64,000 nt of DNA. Origin: Azolla caroliniana. Its lineage: Eukaryota; Plantae; Polypodiophyta. Below, piece by piece: positions 1 through 12,073 of this stretch. The translations under genes were made by a program, and so were the position numbers. The notes below the pieces were generated by a model. That model ran no database searches. It saw nothing but the letters and a program-made list of their open reading frames with translations, and was not told where the DNA came from. The stretch spans positions 29,698,001 to 29,762,000 of the forward strand of contig JBHGNT010000001.1 in assembly GCA_043228905.1 (NCBI GenBank), read 5' to 3'. Numbering within the stretch: position 1 is the stretch's first letter; the number at the start of each line of letters is the position of its first letter.

Positions 1-548
1 AATACATAAAATGCTGATCTTTATACTAATGGTTCCTTTTTTACATTTTTTCTCTCCTATAATTCCTTTTTTATTACATCACTACAACAGCTGTCGCCTC
101 ATATATAATGTCTGCCAAAGTGACACAAGAAATTCATTCCAAATTTCAATGCAAAAAAATGAAGAATTTCTTTAAATTAGTTCTTCAATGAATTGTCTAG
201 ATTTATAATATTTCAGATACAAATAATCGCCGCCGATGCAACAATAATTGCAATGAAAGTCATTTCAGGGTTTTTGAGTTTGTTGTTTTCTTCTGTATTG
301 GGGTAGAGTATATAAAAGGAGAGAAGAGGAGATACATACAGCATAGTTTTTTTAACTATGCTTTCTACTCTTTAATAGCTCGCCCTTTCAGAACTATGTA
401 TAAAACATCATAATACATTCTTTCCTCTATTCAAGGCAATTTTGAAACTCTTTTCTTTCCACTTCATTTTTTGTTTTCTCTGACTTAATAGGACGTTGTT
501 GGCAGTTGCAAGAAACCAAGATCCAACAAAGTGTGAAATGGAAACTCT

Positions 549-3500
549 TTAAGCAATCAGTAATGAATAGAAAATCAATGGAAGAAAAGCATTATCAAGT
601 TGTGTTGTATAGGCTTCCATTAACCCTGTATATACAACTGCTATCATCAATGAATGTAACTGCACAGAAAAAGAAACCAAAAAACCATCAATGAATGTTT
701 GAGATCATTCTCTCATGCAATGAAGAGATAAAAACAGTAGTAATAAATATAAATATGTTTTACCTCTATACTTGTGATGTCCACATTCATAAACTTTAGG
801 ATTATTAGGCATGCCACCAAAACTGATACAATTCCGGCTACGGTACCTTCCAATGTTTTCTCTGTCAAATCAAATCATCAAAAACCAAAAAATCTCTCAA
901 GACAGATTACAAAGAACAAGTTTTCTTTCTACATTAATCAAATAAGTTACACAATACTTCAAAGAAGTATCTCGTAAAACAAAACCACCGATCAATTAAA
1001 GATTTTTGCGAACGTGAAAAGACATTACTGTTGGCATGACTTAACCGAAGGGATCCAAAATTATATCCAACAACAGATGCCTGCCATTAAGATGCAAAAT
1101 ATCAGTCGTGATATTTCTATTTATTATGCCAATTTGTAAAACGTTTTACAGTGAATGACAATATTTTAGAGAAAAAACATGCAAAAGAAAAAGAAAAGAA
1201 AAGAATGTCTGGAGTAAAACATAAGCACACCATTGTGTCTCCGATGCCAATACTGAAGACTCCAGCAAAGGGTGCAAGGGGTCGGTCACCTAGGGAGTTT
1301 GTGAGCCATACTGGCAAAGCACAACCTAAGAGAAGCGAAAAGTGACTGCAAGTGATAAAGATATAAAATATATACAGGTAAGAACATGGATTTAGAAGAT
1401 ATTGGCATTCTCTCTAGGGTTTAAGGAAAATAATTACTAACCTTATGATTAGGAGATCAGAATCTCGACTATCAGTAAAGGCTGCCATGAACTTATGAAT
1501 ACAGTCTCCAAACGGTGGAATTCGTAATACCTGATAAAAAATATAAGACATTAAAAGAGTATCTTAGTTCTTGTGATTGAATGCTCCAGATACTTACATT
1601 TTAATGATTCTTATATCTCTTTTATAAGAACGAAAAACCCATGGGCTTAAGAAAATCATGAGCAAGGGGGAAACTTTTATATAAACAAACACAGAAAGGC
1701 TAAGAAAGAGACGTAAATTACAAAAATGCAATAAATAACAATAAAAGAATCACAAAAAGAGAAGCAATAGAAAATAAAAGTTAGAAACCAAATAATATAT
1801 ATAGAAACTAGGACGACCCGCATGGCTTTAGATGCACAAATTATATTCTCATCATGATTTCATTGGCAATTATGACAGAAAAACATTATACTCTATTTAT
1901 GCACTACATTAAATTTGTTGGATATGTCAATGCATGAAAGCATATGATGCTACATGGCTTTAGATGCACAAATTATATTCTCATCATGATTTCATTGGCA
2001 ATTATGACAGAAAAACATAATATTCTATTTATGTACTACATTAAATTTGTTGGATATGTCAATGCATGAAAGCATATGATGCTACATACCGTAGCGAACA
2101 TAAACATTTAGAGTAAATCGTATATGCACAAACCTATAATACTCGATACGAATGCACAAACCTATATTCGTTGATATAAATGCACAAACCTACATTAGTT
2201 TATATGAATGCACAAACCTACAATAGTTTACATGAATGCATAAACTTACATTAGTTTACATGAATGCACAAACCTAGATTCGTTGATACAATGTACAACA
2301 CCATATTAGCTTATACGAATGTATAGAGCATGTGCTCTTCATACAGAAGCACGAAATGCACACACATACACGCACCAGATGGTAATGGAAATAACACACA
2401 AATATATCAATGCATGAGATTTTCTACAAGTGCCTTACGCGAACCATCTCGACAACCAAGAATGCTGCAAAAGCAACACAAAATGCCAAGCTAAGGAAGT
2501 CTTGCTGCATAAAGAGGAAAAGTTCATCAATTCCAAACAATCAAAGACCTATATGAGAGATTGCATCTCATATTCATTTTATTTACTTACTTGAAAGAAC
2601 AAAGCTGGCACAAACATCACAACCACCATTAGATGGAAAAACTTGCGCACCATTATTGTTTCTATCTTAGTGCTCTTTGCCATATATAAAGGAATAATGG
2701 CTGTCGAGATCACAAATATCCAATAGCCACAAAGATAATATCTTTGTTTATCTTCAAAGACGAAGTTCATAACCCTATCAAAATTAGGTGATGCATCGAT
2801 ATACAAAAAGAAATCATCATTTTTTATTTTGCACATGTATATGGGCATATATCATTAGGCTAACTGAAAAAGAAAGTTGCATTATGAACCCTATGCAACA
2901 TTTTCATGAACCTTCAAACTCTCAAAGAGGGCATGCATTAGACAAAGGACAAGATCATTAAAGATATGGTGTGAAAGCCCAAAGGGTAACTGAGTAGAAA
3001 AACAACAAAAAATCATTCATTATGCCATTGGTGTATAGTCATCCGGGCTCTATTTAAAATTTTCCATCATAATCTTTGTTGGACTCAAGAACTAGGGATT
3101 CCTAGAATACTCGAAACACTACACAGCCTCATACATAGTGATTATGTTATTCTATATCCACTGTATACTATGTAAAATCCCATCTTGAATAGAACAATTT
3201 CTGGAAGCATTGCTCGCAAGCAGCCATATATGGTGGATCAACTGTGACATTGACAACATGTTTTAGATGTTAACACTGACGGTAGAAGCCAAACTAAATG
3301 GTCGCTCTATGATACAATAAAAATAAAGTGTTGGTAATAATAGGTTAGTTTGACTCTATAACATTGGGTCATCAGGAAGATTACGACTACAACTACTTTA
3401 ACAAGCATTCCCATTCCAGTATGAGGAATGCGCTGTGTCACAGAAAAGAAAGCTTGATATAAAGAATGTCAAGAAGAAAAAGTGTAGTAAAAAGAGCGCT

Positions 3501-6500
3501 ATTGTAATATAGAAAGACATGGGCGGGGGAAAGTTGTCTTAAAACTAATAGGCATCCCCATGATGTTGTCCCAAACGGTCAAAAAACCATTTTCAAGAAA
3601 GAAAAAAAATGAAAAACGAAACTAACAAATATAGCTTGAAATACCAAGACCATGTGAACTTGGGGGCCAAAAGTGCCTTTAAAGAGAGAAGCTCTTATCA
3701 TGCAAGCCATTGGTCGGGAGTTCAAATCCCACCCTGTGCTCAACTGCCAGAAATGGGAACCTAGCACTCCAACTGAGAGAAAAAAGTACACAAACATAAT
3801 ATGCTTCATTATAAATGGGTCTACGCAGTCATAGATATAGAATATGCATACACCCAGAAGTTCCTTCTGAACAATGTTGACTATCCTCTAGCATAGCCTA
3901 AAAGATAATAACAATTATTATAATGAATAATATGTGCACAGGATACCATAACATATGAGACAAGAAAGACCACAAGAAGTTTTACCAGGTTATGAGGTTA
4001 TCCTTCATCCCATAAATGATATTGAGCCATCCAAGTGTGATCATCACCATTGCAATACATAAAGCAAGGACAAAAGACATTGCACTGCAAATCTTTTCAA
4101 AACTCTTTGACAAATGCATTTGAAAACACCACAGAAACCAGCTAATGCTTGTGCCAAAAGCTTTGTACATCACTGGCACCCATGGGAAAGCAATAAGAAT
4201 ACCCTGCCACAACCAGTCTATGTGTAAGAAAGTCACATCAAGGAGCACATTTGAAACTTATTACATAAAGGCAAATTTCATTAAACATTTACCTGTAAAA
4301 TAGCTGATATAATGTCCTTATTACTGGTTAAAGCATATGATACAGATGATAAATTTCCATCATACTAACCAAGATCAACAAAAACAAGGAATAAGCATGT
4401 ATGATCGGAATTATAAAAGTTACTTACTGCACAGCATAAAAGGCCTAGCCTACCTTAGCAAGAACATGAGCAATAAAATTGTTCCCAAACACTGAAAGTC
4501 CATTTGATAAAAGAATGGCCTCTCCTATATTCACAACAAAAATCACATCATAAATAAATATACAGAATGTCACTATTTTGAAAGATAATCTATAATTAAC
4601 TGTGCATATATAAGGTTAAAATAATATATTAATGGATAGGGAAAGATGGAACCTAATGAAGTGCAACCCGGGAAAGCATGGACTCCATATTGGAGAAGCC
4701 ATGTGCTAAGTACAACAACCGAAGCAACATTCACAATCTTGATAGGAAAAGAAAGAGCTGCAATAAAGAGGACAGTGAAAAACATGTACATTTTTTACAG
4801 TATGTCAGACATACCATATTCTTAAGATTGAGATCCGCGATGACTCACCAATAGATAGTATGACTGTGGAAAGAGCTGTCCATAATATTGTAGATTTTGA
4901 AGGGATTATTGAGCTTCTATCAGTGATTGTATTGTTTATTGATGATATATAACCCTTTAAGTTTGTCCATACATATATAAGCAAGCCCATGCTAGAAGCA
5001 ACTGCAGCCCAAAACTTGGACCTAAAATCTTCATAACCTAGAAAATGAAACACAATGGTTTTCAAATTCTCTAATATAAATAATGGTCAACTGTATGTGC
5101 TATTTAATAATCATTAGTCCCATAAATTTCAATAAAAACTAACTCCTACAAATTTCAAACAAATCACATAAAGCATCAGCATAACACCATTTCTGGTTTT
5201 ATTCAGCTTATTTATATTCCCCATATTTTTAGTTTGATCTTTTGGGGTTCTCTCTTGTTGGCCTTCTCTGATGACAGTCTACTATACAATCTTCGCGATA
5301 CTTCTGTATCATTCCTTATTTTCTTCCTTTTCTACTACAATTAGCCCTTAGTTATGCCTACATCTAGAAAATAGTGGTATATCATATTACACACTCGAGA
5401 ATTTAAATCACAACACAAAGTTTATCAAAAAATTTACTTTGTTCAAGTCTTGTCATACAAGATGAAGCTGAAATTTTAAATAAATTGAGAACTGAAAGCT
5501 CAAAAATGGAAGTGCCAATGGAATGAAGAAGACCAATCAAAAAGACATATGCACATGTATGTCTGTAGATACAGCACATACAATTAGTTCTATACATGTC
5601 TACTCGACCTCACTTTAAATCGTTGATTATATACGCCTCAGCAACTTTCATGTTGCACGGACTTAAAAAATGTATCCTTTTCATTACCATTTAAGTTTGA
5701 TGCCACTGCAATTATTCTGTGATGTTGGATCATTTGGGCAGCAAGTACACATGGTATGGTGAGAGCTCCTGTGTAGATCCCAGACAAGGTTCCTACTCTG
5801 ACACCATCATTTTCTAAATGTCAGTAACAAACATGATTTGTGATATGGGAGATTATATTGCTAGAGATATATCTGCTGTTAACAAATAAAATTCTGGATC
5901 TTTTCCATACAGTATTTCTGGCAATAATCAGCATATACAACAAGTGTTTAAGACATCAATGGGCCATCAAAACATTTCATCAAGGGTTCAAAAACATGAA
6001 AAGCATGCACATCATCATTATGGATGCAGTTTTGAAGAGAGAACATCACGATTGGTATTTGATAAGGCGAATAAACATTACATCTAAATGCCAAATGTAC
6101 ATAAATGGTCGGATGAAGATATCTACACATCTCAATCTCTACGATTTCATTGGAATCATAACTCAGGGGGTATAGATTTGCAGCAGAGTCACCTATACAT
6201 GAGTAATCAGCGCTTACTCAAGTGCTCAAAACATCAACAGAGAAAATAATCACATGGACAAGCATCGCCTTTCTTCCCATGTCCCTGGAAACAAAGTTTT
6301 CAGCACTTCTGAAGGGAGAACGTAATACCTGACATTTGATGCTTTAAATGGGTAAATCAACAGTACATCAAGTTCTCAAAACATCAAATGCATGCAGATC
6401 CATACATCCCCTGTTCCATAAAAAGCAGAATTTCACAGAGAGAGAGAGAGAGAGTATCGATTGTTTTCTTTCAAGTGATGCCAAAACTGGAGTATTTATC

Positions 6501-7676
6501 TACACATCTCCTATATGCCAGTAAAAAACAAAAAGTATATATTCAATGGATGCAAATATGTGGTCATGCAAAGATGATCTAAACATCCTCTGTTCCATGA
6601 AAAGCAGTAAGTGAATGGATTTTAATTTGAAGGAATGTGCATAAATGGTCAAATAGAGAGATTTTCTACACATCCCTTATTTCATGGAGGGCAGATTTTT
6701 ATAGAAAGTATTGATTTTTCATTTCAATGAATTTGTGTAAACACAGTCATACAGGGATTATTTACATATAGGCAATGACCATAGTGTTCAACATATCCAT
6801 GGGCAATCAACATTACATCAAATGCATGCAAAGATATTCATAAATAAGATTATCTATGCATCCCTGCTCTATGAAAAAAGTCGAAAGTAAATCATTTCTT
6901 CTTTTAATGCATTTGTAACAATAGTCATACATAGATAATATCTACATATCCCTTGTTCAATGAAAAGCAAAATTCCTCAAGAGTGAGAAAGAGCAAGAGA
7001 GAGTACATTGTTTTTCTTTTCAATGAATGATCTACACATCTCCATGTGTTTCTCAAAAAAGTTGAGTTTTGCAGACAAAGTATCTTCTTTATTCATTTTG
7101 ATGGATTACTTAATTTCATATTCCCCTGTGTTACATGAAAGAAGGCAATTCCATAAAGAGAAAGTGAATTTGTGTTTTCCTTAAATGCATGAAAAAAACC
7201 ATAATTCATAGAGATAGTGAATTGAATCTTAATTTATTATGCCTTTCAACGAATGCAAAAATGGACTATATATACCCACAAATCCCCCCTGGATCCATGA
7301 GAAATCATAACTTCACATATGGAATTTCTTTTTATTTCATTAAACATAGAAATGGATTATTTATCTACACATCCCCCTTTATCCCGTTGAAACGAAAAAA
7401 TTCACAAAGAAACAAATGTACACATGTGCATGTACATATACTGAATTGTTCCTGCAAAGAATGAAAAATAAAAATAAAAACATACCTGGGATTGAAAATC
7501 CTGAGCTTATTGCTGTGAGAGGATTGAAATTCCACAAAGAAGGCAGAGAGACTGAGGAAGATGAGGATGGAGAACTCGATGAAGAAACCGTGACCAATTA
7601 GAGAGAAGATAAGGCGGGCGAGAACAAGAGACATGATGAAGATTTCCATGAGACCATCCATGGCCATAGGTTCCAT
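549..7676 (-). CDS. EVAN: Dolichol kinase (EVAN/DOK1-like), 14 exons, ~556 aa
   Basis: Hand-spliced GT-AG exons with consistent phases: 7676-7486, 5797-5688, 5037-4849, 4757-4653, 4524-4454, 4364-4293, 4203-3986, 2774-2591, 2504-2439, 1530-1442, 1345-1231, 1080-1029, 861-764, 659-549(TAA). Motifs RKFFHLM, FTDSRDS, SHFSLLLGCALPVW, FAGVFSIGIGDTMASVVG, KKTLEGT and EAYTTQLDNAFLPL match plant dolichol kinase (cytidylyltransferase family). Confidence 0.93.
1821..2087. repeat. Near-perfect ~132-bp tandem duplication (2 copies) in dolichol kinase intron 9
   Basis: catggctttagatgcacaaattatattctcatc...gcatatgatgcta starts at 1821 and again at 1953. Confidence 0.9.
2120..2325. repeat. ~29-bp minisatellite (gaatgcacaaacctacattagttta-like), ~7 copies
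   Basis: Recurrent ATGCACAAACCTA core at ~29-bp spacing. Confidence 0.8.
6100..7400. repeat. Degenerate tandem array in dolichol kinase intron 1
   Basis: ATCTACACATC(C/T)C...ATGAAAAGCA...ATTG.TTTTCTTTCAATGAAT motifs recur near 6121, 6400, 6498, 6665, 6852, 6940, 7030 and 7362. Confidence 0.6.
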
Positions 7677-9059
7677 CAATCTCTTTCTTCTCCGATGCCT
7701 TTTATTGAAGAAGAACTCTCTCTTCCTCTGTCTCTGTCTCTCTCTCAAAATACACACAAACAGAGGCAGAGGTAGATGCCGAGACAGAAGAAGAGGAGGA
7801 AATGGTCGTTCCTTCTTGACAAATAAGAGAAGGACTGACTCTGTTAGTTCGAAACTTCGATCAACAAACACCTTGAATGTGCTGATACATATGTATTGTC
7901 TGCTTTTTGCTTTTTGCTTTTTGCCTTTTGCTTTTTGCGTTTCTGCGTTTTGGCCAGGCCAGATACATACTACTGTATGTAATTTGTAAATGTAGTTTTC
8001 TGCTTTTTCCATCCTTCTTTTTTGCCATTGTATTAGAAAATGGTGGGTGGGCTGGGAAAGCCATGGATAGAAGAAGAAATACGAGAAAGCGGAAACCCCG
8101 TTTCAACTTGTGACGAAGGCCACTCCAACCCAACCCGAGGAAACACTGATAGAAATGGGAACTTTGAAAGAAACCCCGACCTGAGTAATGGCAGCAAAGC
8201 CGATGGTTTTGTCTGGACATATATCATGACACCGGTAAAGTGATAAAACGATGTGTGTTATGTTCCAGTGACACATGCACGTTCCGCTCCATTCTATTCC
8301 TTTTCCCTCAAAGCCATCTCCGAAGGATAGATCCGCTCACTCATCATATAACCCACCCTGCAATGAAAACGACTCTAGCTCTCAACAAAAGATGGGATTG
8401 CTGACCAGTCAAAGTGCCCATATACATTTCACCATCCATGTTATGGGCTTTTTGATTTCCCACGCCCTCGTAACTCTCTCCTCCATCCACCCATGCACAC
8501 GTGAATGTCTTTTTATGATGAATGTGAAGTTAGTTTTTGGTAAACATCATTTTTATTTTTTACATCTACGCACAAAATGTCCAGGGAGTTTACAAAGAAG
8601 GCATTGCAAGAGATGTGATGCCCCGTATCTCAGACCAAATATGTATATGTATATAATAATATATATATGAATCAGAAACCTTGTCCACGATGTTATGGAT
8701 ATATGCCATCGTTTGTCTTTTATCTCGTAATCGTAAAATCGACCCCCAGTTGTGGCAGCCTGCCTACAGAGGAGGTTTACCGTCCCGTCCCAATCATATA
8801 TCGAGGATGTGCTCACAAATACCTCGTGTGAGCCACAAGGACCTTTCTCGGGTTGTCCGTAGTCGGTGGCCGGTGGTGGCCCCCACGAGTGTCCCCGACC
8901 CGCACAGATTGCCAAACAAAGTGGGATTTAAGCATCATGGTCCATCATACATACATATATGCTGTACATACTATATCCTCTGTATATCTTCTTCTTCTTC
9001 TCTGATGCATTGAGAAGAAAACTTTGTAGGGTTTTGGAATCCCCCCCATGTCCTTTGGC

Positions 9060-9460
9060 CATATGAGAAGATCAGGGATCTAGAACCCTCCCCTGCTCCT
9101 CTCTCAGGATGGAAAAAAAGTAGGGTGCCCCTCCCTCCCCTGGGGGATTAGGGTTCCCGAGAACCCCTCCCCCTTGTTCTGCCCAGATGGAAAATTAGGG
9201 TTCCAACTCCCTTTCCCTTTACAAGATGAAAAAAGTTAAAGGATCGGAAACCTCCATCTGTTGTGCCCAGATGAAGAATTAGGTTCCCATAGTCCTTCCC
9301 TGTTTTTTCCAGGATGAATTTGTTTTAGGTTTCCGAAACCAGACGAAAAGTCAGACTTCCAACACCCTCCCCCTACTACTTCCCAGATTGAAAATTTCGG
9401 GTTCCAAAACTCCTCCTTTTCCTTCCCAGGAGGAAAACTTGGAGTTTCCAACCCTAGGAT
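9060..9460 (+). repeat. Degenerate ~43-bp array with TTAGGGTTCC core upstream of the OSCA gene
   Basis: About 9 units of (TTA)GGGTTCC..CCCTCCCC..CCCAGATGGAAAA. Confidence 0.65.
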
Positions 9461-9526
9461 ATAATTTGATGTTTTAGAGTTTCGAAATCAAAGGCTTATT
9501 CTGTTTCTCCATCTTCAGCTTCAAAC

Positions 9527-12073
9527 ATGGTGCTTCAAACAATAGGTAATAACGTCCTACTCCCCCTCTTTCTCATTTTTAAAAGATTTCACGAGGAATC
9601 GGAATCACAAGCACAATCAGGTTCAGATTCGGATTCAGATTCACCACACAATTGGTATGGGAATATTCAGTATCTCATCAACATATCAGTGATTGGTGCA
9701 ATTTGTTGTGTCTTTCTCTTCCTCGTGGTGAAGTTAAGAAGTGATCACAAATATCCAGGACCAAAGCTGTTGTCTGTGTGGCATGCTACTGGTGCCCAAA
9801 TTGCCATACTTTCGGGTGCCAACGCCCCCCAATTCCTTGCCGTTGAAGCATATACATTTCTCGGCTTTCTTGCCATCTCATTGGTCGCCCTGCTTGTACT
9901 TTTGCCACTAAACATATATGGTGGGTCAGTACCTCTTCAAGATCAATTCTCAAGATCCACAGTCATTCATATAGAAAAAGCTTCAACCTTATTATGGTGG
10001 CATTATGCTTTCATGGTCCTTGTTGTGTGTATAATGCATCTATGCATTAGAGAGATCTATGGGAAACAAGTCCCAAGTACTAGGCCAGATGGTGATTGTG
10101 TGTCTGCTTTCACACTCATGGTGCATCGGATTCCGAGGAGCTTGTCAGCCAATAAGACGCCTTTGCAGGACTTCTTTGAGCATCGGTACCCTGGCAAAGT
10201 CTTTCGCGTAGTTGTGCCTCCTGATTTGTCTACGTTTTATGCACTAGAAAGAAGACTGATAAAGACAAGGAAGCACTTGTCTTGGTTAATGGCAAGGGAA
10301 CGTGATCGGATCTTTGTTCATGAAGAAGAGGAAGAAGAAGAAGAAGCTCGAATCAACTCAAAAGTTCGTGTTGATGGCTTTGTAAACTTGATAGGAGCTA
10401 CAAGGACCCGCCTATCATGGCTACGCCAGAGTTGGCGGGCTTGTAAATCTATCCTAAGACAAGTTTGGGTATGGTTCTTAGCTTGTGGTGGATGTGGAGA
10501 AGATGATATCATAGCTAAGCTGCATGAGCAATGCTTAGATCTCGAGAGTAAGCTTTTACCTTATAAAGAGGGTACAGCACAAGGAGCGGGAATCGCTTTT
10601 GTGGTTTTCAAGGACTTGCGCACTGCAAGCCGAGCTTTACAAGATATTCGGTCTATACGGAAAGGAGGGGACTTTTCTACTATGGATTTGGAATTGGGAA
10701 AAAGACGGTGGAAGGTAGAGAGGGCTCCCCCGGCAAGAGATATTTATTGGCATCATTTGGGTAGCACCACCTTATCAAGGTTGGTTCGACGGGTTATTGT
10801 GAATACCTTTCTTCTGATGCTGCTTTTCTTCTTAAGCTCACCTCTGGCAGTGCTTACTGCCCTTCATAATGTTGGGAGGTTGATAAATCCTGAAGCCATG
10901 GATTATTTCCACACTTGGCTAGTTTGGGTTCAAAGCTCAAGTTGGGCGGCGGCAATAATTGTGCAGTTTTTGCCCAATCTCCTGGTCTTTGTGAGCATGT
11001 ATTTCGTCATCCCAGCCACATTAGCATATCTTTCGAGCTTTGAGAGCCATTTGACACTGTCTGGCGAGCAACGAGCAGCTCTGGCAAAGACTGTTCTATT
11101 CTTTCTTGTCAATTTGATCATTCTAAGGGGACTTTTGGAGACCTCTTTGGAATCTATGCTACTTCATGTGAAGGATTGTTATGAGGAGGGGACAGCATGC
11201 AAGGATATTGAGCAATACATGAGCTCGTCTTTCCTTGCAAATTCGTGCTTGTCAGCGACTGCCTTTCTTATCACAAGTGCTTTCTTGGGTATATCTTATG
11301 ATCTATTGGCTCCCATCCCGTGGATCAAGCGAAAAATACAACAACTGAAAAAAGAACGGCCCAATCCATTTAGCTCTGGAGAGCCTCCCAGCATGGACTA
11401 TGATAACATGATGGACGAGGAAAGTTTGCAAGAGCAACTATTACCAAGCACCATGAGAATATTTAACTTTCCCGAATCAGAAAGATCAGGATCATCATCA
11501 GTTGCAAACTCTATGGGAATAGATGTTGAGGAGCATGATGATTTGCCTATAGGAAGAGAGAACTTTTCCCAATGGCAAAACTTCGATTATGTTCAATATT
11601 ATGCGTTCAATTTGACCATCTTTGCAATGGCTCTTATTTACTCCTCTTTTGTTCCCGTGATTGTGCCAATTGCAGCACTCTACTTTGGTTACCGATACTT
11701 TGTGGATAAATACAATTTTCTCTTCATGTATAGAGCTTGGGGTTGTGCGGCAACGAATGATGGAAAATTGCTCGGGACGGTGATTAGGGTTATGAAATTA
11801 TGCATAATCCTTTACCTATTTGCAATGCTCTACTTTTTCTATGTTAGAGGAGACCAAGAGAAGCTACAATTTCTTTGCACCCTCATAGTAGTAGTGCTAG
11901 TGTGTGCGAAGTATGGGATCGAAAAGCTTATTTGCCCTTCAGAAGAAGGATTCCATGTGTCGGTTCTCGAGAGTCTCGGTTCAGTTGAAAATTACTTGAA
12001 TGGACCATTGGAGTATGAGGTCTTCGCCTTGCCAAACATTGATTGGAGCACATTTTCTGGTACCAATTCTTAG
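9527..12073 (+). CDS. OSCA4.1: CSC1/OSCA/TMEM63 (ERD4-related) calcium-permeable channel, clade OSCA4 (GFS10-like), intronless, 848 aa
   Basis: Single ORF with WYGNIQYLINISVIG, KLRSDH, WKVERAPPARDIYWHHLG and QYYAFNLTIFA...YRYFVDKYNFLF, which are characteristic of the At4g35870 (OSCA4.1/GFS10) clade. It has multiple TM segments. Confidence 0.93.
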   Translation: MVLQTIGNNVLLPLFLIFKRFHEESESQAQSGSDSDSDSPHNWYGNIQYLINISVIGAICCVFLFLVVKLRSDHKYPGPKLLSVWHATGAQIAILSGANAPQFLAVEAYTFLGFLAISLVALLVLLPLNIYGGSVPLQDQFSRSTVIHIEKASTLLWWHYAFMVLVVCIMHLCIREIYGKQVPSTRPDGDCVSAFTLMVHRIPRSLSANKTPLQDFFEHRYPGKVFRVVVPPDLSTFYALERRLIKTRKHLSWLMARERDRIFVHEEEEEEEEARINSKVRVDGFVNLIGATRTRLSWLRQSWRACKSILRQVWVWFLACGGCGEDDIIAKLHEQCLDLESKLLPYKEGTAQGAGIAFVVFKDLRTASRALQDIRSIRKGGDFSTMDLELGKRRWKVERAPPARDIYWHHLGSTTLSRLVRRVIVNTFLLMLLFFLSSPLAVLTALHNVGRLINPEAMDYFHTWLVWVQSSSWAAAIIVQFLPNLLVFVSMYFVIPATLAYLSSFESHLTLSGEQRAALAKTVLFFLVNLIILRGLLETSLESMLLHVKDCYEEGTACKDIEQYMSSSFLANSCLSATAFLITSAFLGISYDLLAPIPWIKRKIQQLKKERPNPFSSGEPPSMDYDNMMDEESLQEQLLPSTMRIFNFPESERSGSSSVANSMGIDVEEHDDLPIGRENFSQWQNFDYVQYYAFNLTIFAMALIYSSFVPVIVPIAALYFGYRYFVDKYNFLFMYRAWGCAATNDGKLLGTVIRVMKLCIILYLFAMLYFFYVRGDQEKLQFLCTLIVVVLVCAKYGIEKLICPSEEGFHVSVLESLGSVENYLNGPLEYEVFALPNIDWSTFSGTNS

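Noticed and set aside
2120-2325. CRISPR-like periodic repeat
   Set aside because: The units are contiguous and degenerate, with no unique spacers and no cas genes, inside a eukaryotic intron.
5438-5562. Phase-compatible open segment (RHTCAYVFLIG...) as exon 2 or a mutually exclusive exon of dolichol kinase
   Set aside because: 5797-5688 encodes the family-conserved R.G..SGI..GA.T.P segment. This one has no such similarity and is probably a chance open frame.
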